Below, piece by piece: positions 1 through 12,966 of a DNA stretch of 64,000 nucleotides (position 1 is its first letter; the number at the start of each line of letters is the position of its first letter). A program made the translations under genes and the position numbers. The notes beneath the pieces are model-generated. The model was not told where the DNA came from. It ran no database searches and saw only the letters and a program-made list of their open reading frames with translations. The stretch covers positions 248,001 to 312,000 of the forward strand of contig AP026179.1 of assembly GCA_030295235.1 (NCBI GenBank), written 5' to 3'. This stretch comes from Fistulifera solaris (lineage: Eukaryota).

Positions 1-867
1 GTTGAACTCGTGGTCGGAAAAACTGATAATATACTTTAACCTGCTCATTACACATTCTGTCAAAGATTATATAAAACATTATTCCTAAAACATTATTCCT
101 AATTTCCTCAAGTAAGAATACAATTTGACATTCGACTGAGTTTTCCATTATTCTTTTTCATTTTCTTTGGCTTCTGGTCCTCAGAAGCTCCGATTTTGAA
201 TCACTGTATCGCGATTGCTAGTAAAATGACAAACCTGCACCCTGCACCAGAATCCCACTGGAGTGGATTGCGCTGTGGCGCGCCATCCCCCGGATTTCTT
301 AATAGCACTCAGAATTGCTAGAATTAGGTTTCGTACCGTAGCATTTCGGAACAGCTGGTCGAAAGTAGCTACCAGTACTCTAACAGTGTGATCAACAATG
401 AGCAATGAGAAAATGAAAATGGACAACGAAATAATCAGTCCGAATGTCAAAATTGCATTCTGACTTTAGGAAATTAGGGCATAAAATTATAAACTTAGGT
501 TCTTCGTCACTATCTCGCGGTACGGTACCGTGGCAAAAAAAGAAATTCTAATGAGATATTCAAAGTTTCCTATGTGCTGTAGAGTGGTCAAGTACATCTT
601 GTTTGTTCATTCTAGAACTTCAACTTTGTCAATCGTTCGCTTCACATTTTAGCACATCCTTCGTTCGCACTTCAATCGTATCGGAGTGGTATTTATGACG
701 TATAAACCACGTCTTCATATTGTCTGTACGTCACTACGTTGTGTTTTTCCTTTTGTCGTATGTCGTATGCAACGCGCTTCTTAGCAACGAAGAAACAAAA
801 AGCAAATACCTTCTTTTATCAAAACTTGTTATCGCTGCTTTAATCACCTCTAAGGATTAGATCAGTC

Positions 868-1667
868 ATGACTATTACTGTGAAGAAAGCCGGCGAGAAA
901 CTTGCCAAAGCGGTCGTGCAATCGAACGCACCGCGCGCAATTACGGCCGCCGAAGCACCGCACGTGCCTCCGGCCAAAGCAAGTACTACAACTTCGATGC
1001 AGCCATGGAACAATTGGTTCAATACCGCCTTGCGTGATTTCTTGGGAGAAGAACGTTACAAAAATATCGCAACTTCGCAGCGTTCATGCCCGACGACATT
1101 TACGACTTGTCGCCGGTTCCCAAACCCTCGCAAAAAATTCCTATATCCAAGACGGATCCGACGATCACCGCCGAATGGCGTTATCCTTCTCCGGGATCAC
1201 AAAAACCAGTACGCATGCCTCAATTCGATCTCGATATGCAGGAAGATCCGTATGATTCCGGATACTTCAAACGCGACACGCGTCGTCGCCACTTGTTCTC
1301 GGAATTGGCCAACAAGGACGTGGAAAAGTTAAAGTTGGAGATGATGGACCCGGATGACCCGTCGGTGGTGGAAGAAAAACAAAAGGTTGAAGCGGGTCCA
1401 GTCAGTTCTCCGGGCAATAAAGGTGTCTTTGCGACAGGTCCGACGGATTTTGATCCGACCGGGTTGCGTGCCACCATGTCCGCGACATGGGGTGCTTTGG
1501 AAAAGTCGTTGGATGCGCACATGCCCAATCATTTGCCAAAACCAGTTTGGAAAGGAAAGGAAGACGAAATTATTCAGTGGTACAAAGAACGCGATCTTCC
1601 GGTGCCCGTTGGCGGTTATTACGAAGCCCTCAAGACCCCGGTGTATCGACGCGTTGCGCGATGGTAA
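868..1667 (+). CDS. Putative mitochondrial complex I accessory subunit, NUZM/NDUFA7-like (one gene split by a 1-nt indel at A5 1060-1064)
   Basis: Adding one A at 1060-1064 joins ORFs 868..1332 and 1086..1667 (ERYKKYRNFAAFMPDD). The motif WRYPSPGSQ...PYDSGYFKRDTRR resembles the fungal NUZM pattern RxPSPGS...PYxKRDxRR. Basic N-terminus. Confidence 0.45.
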
Positions 1668-1767
1668 TGAATAGCCCTACGATGTAGTCGATAGTCCTTC
1701 GTTGTAGCATGAAACAATTTTTAGCTACATATTTCAGTGTTTAGTTTAGTTACGATTCATTCATTGC

Positions 1768-2709
1768 TTATTGCGTTTGCAGAAGTGACAAATCAAGTGG
1801 CCTCGGTACAACGGGCCGAGTGTATACAAAATAGTCCCCCGAAACATCCTCTACAATACGAAAATCATCATCCACATACCGGATAAATACTTTGCAAACA
1901 GCATCTCGCCCTTTATTCCATGGCAACAACTTCCAAATGGCTCCCACAGGAACTTTGATGCTCCAAATCCATTCTCCTAATCCAGACAAACCTGGAACAG
2001 GTCTCGATGTCGTATAGTCAACCTTCATCTGCAAGGTTCCCTTGTCTTCTAGTTTGGCGGTGGCGGCCGTAATGACACAACCACCAAACGTGGGCAGTAA
2101 TTTGAACCAACCCAAGATGGGAATGACTGTCAAAGAGAAGATGCTGGTATCAAATTCAGAATACAAATAATCCTCTGTAATTGTTTGTGCGACACGACCT
2201 ACTTTCGAAACACCCCACGAACATGTCTGCAATTCGTGCAATTTGAAAAACAAATCGGCCTTGCCCATGCCATTCCCCATCTTCTTTTCCTCGGCGTAGA
2301 CTTCGTACGCTTCTTGAATGGCCAGAAAGAAGGGCGAAGAGCGGAAAATACCGTGTGGAACTGTACTGAGAACCAATTCCCATTCGCCTTGCAAATCCTC
2401 CATGCTTTGGGGTGGTTTCGGATATTGTTGTACAAAGTCACGAATGGCAGCCGTGGCGGCTTCCATGCGATCGGCGTAATAGTCACCCGATGTTGGATTG
2501 TACGCCTGTCCTCGATCCAAGGAAGCTCCCAATTGCAACAACCGCACCTTGTGTGCTTCTACAGAAAGTGTCGGCGTTTCGACGGCTGAAAACCAGGAAG
2601 TTGCGGATAATGCCGATGATTTCTTCGAAACGACGGGAGAGGAATACGTCCAGGCGGTGACGATGTCATGCGTGAGGCTAAGAAACAGAAGAAAAATCAG
2701 AGCCCTCAT
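1768..2709 (-). CDS. Plastid lipid-associated (PAP/fibrillin-like) protein
   Basis: 313-aa ORF with a signal peptide and Ser-rich transit-like region. LQGEWELV near the start of the domain and YVDDDFRIV near the end are typical of the fibrillin lipocalin-like fold. Confidence 0.65.
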   Translation of the reverse strand: MRALIFLLFLSLTHDIVTAWTYSSPVVSKKSSALSATSWFSAVETPTLSVEAHKVRLLQLGASLDRGQAYNPTSGDYYADRMEAATAAIRDFVQQYPKPPQSMEDLQGEWELVLSTVPHGIFRSSPFFLAIQEAYEVYAEEKKMGNGMGKADLFFKLHELQTCSWGVSKVGRVAQTITEDYLYSEFDTSIFSLTVIPILGWFKLLPTFGGCVITAATAKLEDKGTLQMKVDYTTSRPVPGLSGLGEWIWSIKVPVGAIWKLLPWNKGRDAVCKVFIRYVDDDFRIVEDVSGDYFVYTRPVVPRPLDLSLLQTQ

Positions 2710-3093
2710 TGTTTGTTTGTTGACTGGTTACACGAACACTGAATAAAAAATGCTATATTTGTAATCAACGAATGAAAGTGATGAGAAACAACAGGACGCA
2801 TCTGATGCTCGCATCGCATCGACAACAAGAAAAAGCCTCAAAAATGTGACGTGTTCGAAGTGTATCGGTCATCATTAAGGTTAGCATGCAAACTACGTAG
2901 GGATCGGCGATCTAAGGATACACCATACACCACTACCTTGTACAGTACCACCTTGCCAGCTCAACAAACTAATAAGCAGAAGTACCAGTATTGATTCATC
3001 AGTATTTGCAGTCTAGCGATTCCACATCCGACTTTGTATTTCTGTAAAGAGTACTAAAGCATAGCAATCCACCATCACATCATTAGTGTATGT

Positions 3094-4559
3094 CTAATAT
3101 TCTAAAGAACCTTCAGTCGATTCATCGTCATCATCTTCCATCTGACTAAAATCGTCGCCATTAACCACCGTACCACGATGGTCTTTATTGGGAACGGCAT
3201 AGACACGATCCATGTTACAAGTCATCCAATGGAAGAGTACCTCAATACTCGACACGCTGGCATCATCCAGGTCTCCCGAATACATAACACGCGGACCATC
3301 CAGGATATCCGAATCTTCACTGTCCATCATGGATTCGTAGTCGTCATGACGAGTGGTTGTTACTCGTCTGGCTCGATGAATGGCTTCAATTACCGAAACG
3401 ATCCATTGCTTTTGGCGGGCAGGGTCCACGGGTGAGAGTGATTGTCGCGGATGTTCTGCCTCACGGAACGGCAGGTCTGTTGGTATAGTTGGTGCCGTGT
3501 TGGACTTGGATGCTGCACGGGGTGATGATACAACTCCGGTGGGTTCGGACTGAAACACCTCCAGCAGAAATGATCCATGCTTCTTGGCAGAGCGCGACAA
3601 ATTGGGTGTTGGCAAACGAGCAAATGATGTTAGAGTGTCAACGAAATTGGAGATACTTTTCTCCACTCGATCTTGATGCTGGGGACTCTTATCTAGTGTA
3701 TCTTTCTTCGACGAGTTTTGATCGACCTTTACCTCCTGCTTCAAATCCCCTTCCGAACCGGCAACAGTAACAACGATGGGACTCATCGACACACGTCTGG
3801 TATCTTTGGCAATTATTTCATGCACAATTTCCTTCGGTCCGCTTGCTATGTTTGAAGTGGATCGGTCATCTTTGTCCTTTCGACCACCAAATCGTGAGAA
3901 GAGACCTTTCTTCTTTGTTTTGGCTTTTGTCGTTGTATGTTCCGGCGTCATGCTAATTGCCGTTTCATCATGGACGCCTTTCTTGGATCGGAAGAAACGT
4001 TGTTCTCTCTCACGCTGCATGGTGCCTGTAGGAGATGCAACTGCCGATAGAGATTTTCCTTTTTACCCGTCTTCAGAATACGCTCTGGAGAATTGACAAC
4101 GTTTGGAGACTTGGGCGAAAGTGGCTGATCGATGACTTCACACTGAATATTTGTTGAAATTTGAGGCTTTGCTTTTGGGGAACGAAGTGGTGGAGCTTCA
4201 ATAAATTGGTCGTCGTTCGTATCTGTCTGGACAATTGACTTTACACTGTCAGCCACCGCAGTTCGAGTATTGGGCTGAATATGCGAGATGTTTCTTCCGG
4301 TAACCGAGTTAGCACTCTTAGAAGGAAATTCTTTCTCTTCTCGCTTTATCATTTGGGCTTTTTTGCTTCTTGCATTTCTTTCCGTCCAGGCTATTGGCGA
4401 AATCAGTTGCTTTCGTTGCGGTAAGTTTGGCCTCGACATTTTGGTCGGATCTGCATCGAGACTTGCGCCTGAATCGTTACTTGCAGTCCAATGCATAGCC
4501 CGTAAGTGGCTATTACGCGGCCCTCCAAGAAAATTTACCATTCTTAAGTTTTGATTCAA
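3094..4559 (-). CDS. Hypothetical low-complexity protein (split by an indel at T5 4060-4064)
   Basis: ORFs 3948..4559 and 3094..4020 fuse with +1 nt (KTGKKGKSLSAVASPTGTMQRERE). No recognisable domain. Confidence 0.55.
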
Positions 4560-4985
4560 CTCGATGACGCATTAAAGAAGTCCTCTTGATGAGACTTCGA
4601 AGAGAAAATAGAGGAGGAGGGCAACAAAAATCAAAAAGTGACATGTGACACGTGATGAATTTCGAATTAACCGTTTCATGATAGTAATCTAACGGCGACG
4701 TTGACTTTCTAAATTTGTACTACAAAAGAAAGTACATCATCTTTCGCCCACCGCTCGCGGATTTTTCGCTTACAAAGAAGAATGTGTGCGCGCTTAGACA
4801 AAAAGCAAGAACACGGAACTTCTAATAAACGATTACCGCATGGACGTCAGTTTTGTTATGTGCATATCACACCGTGTTTACACTATGGGAGCCGTCAATC
4901 GTATTGTTCTTAGCAATATATAGAGACGCTTATGTGGAGGGTGTAAACGAAAATATTAATTGTTAATTGATGTACCCTATGATAA

Positions 4986-6468
4986 CTATATTTCGAGCGT
5001 CTCGACAACATGATGGCGCTTTTGCCTTCGAGATATTCGCTTCTTGGGTAATGAAACGGACTTCCGTTGTTGCATTTCTTCGCTCGTCATTTGAAAATCA
5101 ATATCATGTGTTACATCGCTGCCCTCGTTTGCAGATGTGTCATGTCCTGGAGACGGATAATGAAATTCTTTCTTGCTAGAAAACCGTACGCGTGGTCCTT
5201 GTTGCTCATCGATATGCGTTATTGGTTCTCTTGCGTCAACAGAAAACTCGATTCCGTCCCCGCGAGCGGATTGCGACTGCCAGCTCTCTTCGTTGGGTGA
5301 ACCAGTTGGTTTGGAGTGATCTTTCTTACTGGGAGGTGTAGCGTCGTTGTATACATCTTCGTCGGAAGAATAATCGTACGCATTTTGTCTGTAGGGATAC
5401 AGGTCAACCTCGGAATTATCATCGTCTTCCCACAAATGATCAAAGTCCATGGTCGTCGCCGGTGCCTCTACGGCGCAAACATCCCAAATCTTTTCCTTTT
5501 GTTCGGTGCCGAGTCGGGACCCCACGGTCGAGCCGCTACGGGTGCGGATGCCGCCGGACGACTGAACGTTCGGTTCTCCACAAATAGACCGGAATCGACA
5601 GATGAATCATCTTCCACAAATTCGTCGTCGTCGTCGTCGTCCGATGCATCCTTCTTGCCAGACAAATGTTCTTCTTCGTAAACTTCAAATGTATCGACAA
5701 CTTGATCTATGCCTTTCATGTCCAGGTCCATCATGTCCATCACACTCGTAGGACTACTGCTCGCCGTTGATTTGGTGGCTTGATCGGAGGTTATGGGGAG
5801 AGACGAGTCGGAGTTACCATCTTCCTCCTCGGTTATTTGTAATCGACTTTCTTTGGCGGGTGTCGTGCACTCGAAATCAGGGAGCGTGGGGGTAGGAATT
5901 GGTTCCGAAATGGCGGAGTTCGCATCACTTTCGGGAATCATCCTTGGCCGTCTCTCACGCCGAAACGGTCTCGACACCATTTCTTCCCGTGGCACTGCCA
6001 ACAAGTCATCATCGCTATCCTTACTTTCATCATTATGCTCTTCAATTTCATGCAAACGTGTGCGCAGCAAATCGTTGTAGTTGACACGCAGCGTCCCATC
6101 CGTGACACACCCTTCTTGACGCAAGAATTCTTGCAATTTCTCAAATGCCGAAGGATCGCTTAAAATGAGTCCGACCTTATCTTGACTTAAGCGAACATCG
6201 TGTCTTTTTGAAACGAAAATATGTTTTCAATTTTGAAATTACTCAAGAAATAGCGATTGTAATTGCCGGTTGTCTTTTCGGCTGGCTTGGAAGAAGCAGA
6301 GTTCTTGTTTCGCTTGCTCGATTTTGTATTATTATTTGTTTCTTCATTCTGTTTTCGTATCTCGTGTTCTGTCGAGGAGTTTGTTTCGTCCTCAATGGGT
6401 TCTTCCGTCTTGGCTTCCAACGAATCATTGAGAGAGGATGACGGCGGCGGTGCGGAAAGTGCTTCCAT
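4986..6468 (-). CDS. Hypothetical acidic, disordered protein (probable intron near 6190-6270 and a frameshift near 5480)
   Basis: Consecutive minus-strand ORFs 6187..6468, 5468..6136 and 4986..5525 share a similar D/E/S-rich composition. Exact structure not resolved. Confidence 0.45.
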
Positions 6469-7179
6469 ATTGCAAGATTTTTGTTTGTTAGTTCTTTCGT
6501 TTCCTTATGTGGCTCCGGTCAACACTTCGTTTGCCTACACAACTTAGCGCAAAGTCGATGCAGATGCTTACTTAAGAAGGAGGTGGAAGTTTAAGGTTTT
6601 ACAAAATAATGAAGCTTTTGTTTTGTTGCTGACTCCTTCCTTCATCAAAAGGTCACACTCGCGTCGTTGGTTATTGTCTTCTCTCACTGCTCCACATTGA
6701 TTTTTATTTATTGTGGAGGGGGAGTTGCGCGAAGTGGGGCAGACGGACGCGAGGTTTTACTATGAAGTAGAAAGAATCACTTCAGCACGGCCTGCTTGCT
6801 GGTACTCCACATGAAAGCTTACTTGTGGACTTTTGATACCGGATCCAATTTTTTCGATTTTTTAGTACACAAACGTGGACAATAACTCTGCAACGGAAGA
6901 GACAACTTCCCGAGAAAGTGATTTGCTTCGTATCTATATTATTTCGGGCTGGTACTGGTAATTAGGAGTACCAGGTAAATCTCGAATTCATCAAGAACAC
7001 CAGTAACAAACCTAATCTCTAGTGGAGTTAAAACAACCAAACGGAGGCATTATCGCGCAACTTAACTACAGTAATAATGCAATAAAAGAATTCTGGTTTG
7101 TCGACGAGAGTCCTATAAACTTTTATCCATGCAGTATGGCATGTATATTACTCAATCGTCTTTGCTGAAAGCGGAAAAC

Positions 7180-7776
7180 TTAGGCACTGGGGAAAAGGGT
7201 GTCAACGTTTCCGAGTTTGTCGTGAACCATAAGTCCCAACAATCCCATCATGGCGGCACGGCCTTGGTTCAATTCGATGGCACGCTTCTTGAGCTTGGTC
7301 TCTTCATCGAAGCTATCCCAACCGAAATCAATGAAGCCGTTGCGGAAGTCACCAACGAACTCTCCGCCAGTGATGTCCTTCATGACGGCAAGCTCCAAGA
7401 AACCAACAAAGGCAAGAACTTGGAGGGCACCGGCAACAGGAACGGCGGTGGATCCCTCCCAGCCAGAAGGAATGTCGGCGAACTTGGTTCCGGAGTAGTC
7501 AATGTCTCCAGGAAGACGGATTCCGGCGGCGGTGACCAAGTACCCGACAACACCCAACATGCAGATGCGGCCGTGCTTGATCTCGACGTATCGGAGGCGG
7601 TCGAACTTCTCTTGGTCACCATCGGCAACAAGGCCGAGGGGATCGAAGAAACCAAGAGGAGCCTGGGCACCGAGTTCGTCTTCGAAAGCCTTCAACGCAG
7701 AGCTGGAGGCAGTCTTTTGGGCCGGGGCGAAAGCGGCGGCAGAGGCGATGAGGGAGGCAAGGACGGCGGTCTTCAT
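7180..7776 (-). CDS. LHCF: Fucoxanthin-chlorophyll a/c binding protein (Lhcf)
   Basis: MKTAVLASLIASAAAFAP bipartite leader, GFFDPLG, RYVEIKHGRICML, KRAIELNQGRAAMMG. Confidence 0.97.
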   Translation of the reverse strand: MKTAVLASLIASAAAFAPAQKTASSSALKAFEDELGAQAPLGFFDPLGLVADGDQEKFDRLRYVEIKHGRICMLGVVGYLVTAAGIRLPGDIDYSGTKFADIPSGWEGSTAVPVAGALQVLAFVGFLELAVMKDITGGEFVGDFRNGFIDFGWDSFDEETKLKKRAIELNQGRAAMMGLLGLMVHDKLGNVDTLFPSA

Positions 7777-8478
7777 TTTTGCTGGTTCGTTCGAATACTT
7801 GATTCTGAGAATTGTGAGAAGAGTGATGAGGTCGAATGCTTGCAATTCTTGGCAAGCTCAGAGGCAACGTGGATGACAAAAGGATACCCTTTCAAGTCAA
7901 ATCTTTCGATCCTGGTAATTCAACTTCGAGGACCGGTTTTTTGGGTGAACATGTCTGTACAGCAATTATGTCTGACGAGCATTCCTGTTGAACAGTTAAT
8001 AGTTATACAGTAAAATGCATTATAACGTTTAGTGTGCCAACCCAGATGACATTTGTCTTTTGGGTTCTCCACGATCCACGATCCTTAGTCTTAGTCTCAC
8101 TTACCACCTGGATCTATGAACTGCAACCGTGACGCATAACGCGTACCCCATTTGGCCGTAGCTCATGCGCAACGAAGGGTTCGACAACACACGACCGATC
8201 AGCCACGCAACGGGCACGAATCGCGCTGGCTACAGCTGCAAAGAATTCAATAGACCAACTTTATTAATCCTAACGCAAACAATGTCGTTATGCTATTGGA
8301 AAATTTCATGAAGTATGATGCAATCCGAAAGGTAGCGAAAGCGGCAATTGTGCCAAATCGTCAAAATAAGAACAATCTACATCACTGGCCTGCATTCTTA
8401 ACTGGATATTTTATCAAGCGCTTCAATTTAGCTATGGTTAGCGCGCATATTGTCAATGCAAACAACTATTTCGACTAG

Positions 8479-9748
8479 TCAGCATCCATTTTCGCCGTCG
8501 CTAAAATAGGGCTCTTCCGGAAGACGAACTCCATGTTCTGAATCGCCGGGTGGCGGAGACGCCACAACGACGGTCACTCCAATGTAGTTGACAATGTTCT
8601 CTTGAGCATCGCGCAAGGCGGCAATGAAGAGTTTGTTCCAAAACGGGGTGCCATCTCTCATGTAATTGATAAAGGTGACACTCACGTCTTCGCCTTTGGA
8701 CAATCCATCGCGGATCATCGCCAGTTTCGCCTTGCTCGTTTGTTCACCCTGCAAGAAGCGGCAATTACGGCCCAACACTTCAGAACGCTCGTAGCCGGTC
8801 AGTTTTAAAAAAGTCATCGGAGGCAAACACAATCGGGTTGTCTTCCAAACTAGGATCGGTAATAATGAACGCATGTTGCGACTTTTGAATACTTTGAACA
8901 AGATTAAAATCTTGGGAATCCATGTCTTCGAATCCTTCCGAGCATGCTTCCAGGACCGACGGAGGCATTTGTTCTAAAGCGTTACATCCATCCAGAATTT
9001 GTCGAGCAACTCCTTCATCTAGATTTTCTTTAACAATAGCCTTGAGATTCAGGTTATCTCGTTGCAGATCCAATATTTCTTTTTGCAGCGACTCGAAGAA
9101 GAACTTTTTCCGAAGACGGGTTCGTTTGGCAAGAACACGATTGCGCTCCCTACGACGGTCGACTTGGTCTTGTGACTTTTTCTTTCGTCCTCGAGCGGGT
9201 TGCTGCAACATGGCCTGCGCTGCCGCGCTAGAAAACGCCGATACAAACGAGTTGGTAGGACCCGAAGTCACGGCGTAAATAGCACCATTGTTTCCTTCCA
9301 CACGCATCCGTTTCGACATTTCCGCTTCGTCGCTGCCCACAGGACACGGTAACACAGGAAAACCTATTGGGGCGGAAGCTGGCTGTTGCTGTTGTAAAAC
9401 ACCTTTCTCGTATTGCATGGTAGAAGGAAAAGTACTAGCATCGCCACAAAGAGGATGAAAACCATCTTCGCTGTTCTCAGGTGATACATACGAGCCCGCA
9501 TTTCCATTTCCAAGACTGTGCAAGGTAGATCAGGTCGTTAGAAAAGTACGCAAAGCGAACATCGAATGATACAATCGCCGTACTCACTTGAAATCAAACG
9601 TTACGCCGCTCGGCTTCTCTTCGCCCAAGAGAAAGGCGGCCAGTACATCCACATCGAAATTATCCGTATCACCCCATTCGTTTAGATTTCCCGTCCCTGC
9701 TCGACCGAATCGGGGAGCAAAGCTTGAATAATCCACATGATCGGTCAT
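8479..9748 (-). CDS. AUREO: Aureochrome, a bZIP-LOV blue-light transcription factor (probably AUREO1c-type). Intron 9516-9587; indel at A6 8807-8812
   Basis: bZIP RRRERNRVLAKRTRLRKKFFFESLQ. After removing one base the LOV domain reads ITDPSLEDNPIVFASDDFLKLTGY...GRNCRFLQG...FWNKLFI. Exon 1 begins MTDHVDYSSF and is followed by an in-phase GTGAGT...CACAG intron. Confidence 0.92.
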
Positions 9749-11681
9749 GTTGATTCTGCTGGATTGAAAACAACGTATTGTGAGAAGTGTTCGAGAGAAA
9801 CAAAAGAAGTACTTGAATTGTCGCGAAGTAAGACGAACAAGAAACGGGCTCTACATTCGAAAAAGAGAGTAGAAATCGAACCGGTACTTGCTACTATGTC
9901 TCGAAAGGGCTAAATTGTTCGCAACAAGACGGTTCACCGTCCACCGCACGCTTGACACCACCATGGGCAACGAGCGACATGTAACGAAGAACTCTTCGAG
10001 CAGCGAGAGAAAAGAATGATCTTCACTAAACCAAGATCAAACGAAATCAGTCACATCGCATCCGTGCAAAGAGCGGCGCCGGAAACGACATGCTGCGACT
10101 CAAAGAGCCCATTTTCTCACAAGAACAAATAGATTGATGAAATCAAGAGTCGTGCATTCTGGCGTTACGCTTGCGAACGAGCATAATAAAGTAAATTATG
10201 CAAGGCTCGTCCATTCGGAATGGGAACAATTTGGAGATAGAACATGAAATTACCCGCATCACCCCGAAACGCGACATTCTCCTTTGACCCGTATCTGCAA
10301 GTACCAATCCTACGGCGTTCTACTTCAACGTGTCCGAAGACACTTTCACGTTGCGTGCGCTTGCCAAAACGTTCCTTTCTTGCGTCTCGCCTCCACCAGC
10401 GACATATCGAGAACGAAACAAACCTACCTAAAGGGAAAAAATGAATTGCACACACACCTTTGCTACGGGTCAAAAGGATTTGCGCTGTCTCTTTCAGTGA
10501 CAAGAAATTGGCTCGCTTTGGATTGTTCTCGATCTCGAGCGAGAGAGATGCAAGAGAGAGAGAAAAGTCGGGTAAAAATCTGCAATACACTTCATCCAAT
10601 ATTAGGGGCGACACCATCATTCTTTCTGGTGAACATTGTACATCTTTGAGGATAGACGCCTTCAGAAACGGTACTAAGTTTACGTTTCGGCCACACTTCA
10701 TCGATGTACAGAAAACACAGAACATGAAGAACACTCGCTGTCGCTGTGGTTCATGAAAGCTCGTGACCAAAATTGGGACTAGTCGTCGTCCAAGGTCCCT
10801 TACTGCGACTAACAAGTCTCTCACGAATGCGTAAAAACTCGTCTAAATATCTGCTGTCCATTCAATTAAATTGTATTGTTCAATCCACATTGCTTTTTAC
10901 TTTATTGCTTTTTACTTAATAAACACAGATTACTTGACGGCGACAAAAAGTCTTGAAGGCATCTTGCGTTGCTCGACAGAGTGATTCACTTCCGAAGCAT
11001 AAAAAAGGCGATCGAAACGAAAAATGAAAACATATGTTGTTGATGATGATTCATTCAAACGAGTGCACCCGACTCTCTCTATTGTGTAGGCATTGGAAAC
11101 TGTCGCTAATTCTTCACCGCAATGGCCTCTTGTTCATGTCATCGCAGCTCCTTATATTGACGCTCCATTTCTAATAAAATAGAAAACGAACAAGGAAGAG
11201 GAGATTTCGAATACTAACAGGCAAAGGGCTACGTCCAACGTCGATTCTTTCCCTTTTAGGACCCAGAACGCTGTTTGGCCTTTCTTATCGTATTCCAAAG
11301 AATTCGTGGCATCGACTCCGTTTTTGGAGTTCTTGGTTTCGTTCCGAACTCTCAACGGAAGTCGTTTTTTTGGCGAAGCGAAAGCGGGATCGTCGACTGT
11401 AATGCAACGTGTACTAAGTGGGACTGAGCCTTGAATCGTGACAATAATTGATCGCCGCTCCAAGCACTTTTTCATTCAGTAGAATTCCATCATCTCACGA
11501 AAGCCGACCATATTTGTAGAAGCGAAGAAAGGTTTGTTTCCAATCACTTCAAATAATATTTTGTTACAATCGACTCTGACTGGATTGCTAATTTCTCACA
11601 AAAACGTCGGCGCATCTCGAATTCAAACAGTCTACCTTCCGTGCGCTTGCTTGCCCTTCCATTGCGTGACTACTCCTCGTT

Positions 11682-12563
11682 ATGACTACAATAACAACAA
11701 CAACAACAACAACACCCCTGACAGCCATAAGCGTACCCACCAGCAGCATGACCAAGAGTATAAAGGCACGCGATGAAATCAAACGCGTGCAAACAACTGC
11801 TATTCAAGCCTTTCGTCAATCTCAATTTGAAGAAGCGATATTAGCTACCGAAGAATGGATGTACTTGGAACGCAAACACGGTGAGATCGAGTCCGCCGCC
11901 GTTGCCGAAACGCTCAACTTTTTGGGCAAAGTCCATTGCACCATGGGGGACAGTGATTCGGCTATTTTGTATTTCAAGCAGGCTGTCGAAATGATGCGAA
12001 AGGTCCAGCCCGATTCGAAAATCATGGCCAAGACGCTGACGAATATTGGATTCATTTACAAGCAGCACGAGCGGAATGCACAGGCCTTGCGGTTGTTGGA
12101 AGAATCGCTTTCGATTTTGGAAAAAGTCGCTCCCAATACCCTGACGCTGGCGAACAATTATAGCAACATCGGCATGATTCTCAAAGACATGAACCGCGTC
12201 AAGGAAAGCATTCGTCGGGAGAAGCAGAGTATGGAAATCAAGGAAAAAATTGCACCTGGAACCGAATCGCTCGCCGTCACATACCTTACTTTGGGGCAGT
12301 TGTATTTGTCGATCGGCAATCCGACCAAAGCGGTTCATTATCTGCAACTAGCCAAGAAAATAGCGATACCTTTGGACAAAAATCCCTTGAAATTGGATGT
12401 GACCATGACATTGAATGAAGCTCGCTTTGCAACTGAAAAAAGGACAGACCAAGAAGAAGAAACGAGCCAAGAAAGAGCCCACTTCACTCAAAGAAAAAGT
12501 TGTTGCCTACAAAATGGTGCGACCGAAGCTACTGAGTCCCGAAGATCGTCTCATCAGTATATA

Positions 12564-12564
<1 letters not shown>
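11682..12564 (+). CDS. Tetratricopeptide-repeat protein (true C-terminus recovered by -1 at A6 12436-12441)
   Basis: Repeated TPR helices (AETLNFLG, AKTLTNIG, ANNYSNIG, AVTYLTLG). The alternate frame gives KGQTKKKKRAKK...DRLISI with TAG at 12562-12564, just before the TA repeat. Confidence 0.8.

Positions 12565-12648
<84 letters not shown>
12565..12648. repeat. (TA)42 microsatellite
   Basis: Perfect TA dinucleotide run of 84 nt. Confidence 0.98.
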
Positions 12649-12651
<3 letters not shown>

Positions 12652-12950
12652 GGATCGATTCGTTTGTATCAAATTGCACAAATGTGGGCCCTCATGTTGT
12701 TGGAAGTGTGCGAGTCCTTTGTACAATTGATGACTTGCTGGTTGTTGTGAAAATAGTGAAAGAATGAAAATGATTAATCATCGAGTACCAGGTTCTTAGT
12801 TGAATTTAGTTGATTGAATAAGAATAGTTAAGTCGCTTTGCCGATCTTGACTATCATGCCGTAGAAACAAGGGAACAATAACAGTTTTCCGGCTTCTTGC
12901 TGGTGACTGAACTCCAGTCGTGGTCCCGATGATAGGTTGTAGTACAAAGT

Positions 12951-12966
12951 AGTATGACGTCATACT
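12951..12966. promoter_or_regulatory. 16-bp perfect palindrome with a CRE/aureochrome-box core (AGTATGACGTCATACT)
   Basis: Perfect inverted repeat containing TGACGTCA, upstream of the 13.1-15.2 kb gene. Confidence 0.4.

Noticed and set aside
1..560. ORF 181..450 and an AT-rich left end as a gene or transposon end
   Set aside because: Non-ATG start and no motif. No terminal repeat or second copy is visible within the window.
7129..8013. 294-aa plus-strand ORF
   Set aside because: Antisense shadow of the codon-biased Lhcf gene.
8479..9523. Separate bZIP-only and LOV-only genes, or a programmed frameshift in aureochrome
   Set aside because: One extra base in an A6 run explains the split. The same error type recurs in both directions across the window with no common slippery context.
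10165..11475. ORFs 10165..10824 and 11152..11475
   Set aside because: No ATG start for the former, no motifs, and composition like UTR or intergenic DNA.
12565..12767. (YI)n C-terminal extension of the TPR protein
   Set aside because: Artefact of reading through the (TA)n microsatellite after an upstream indel. The corrected frame stops at 12564.
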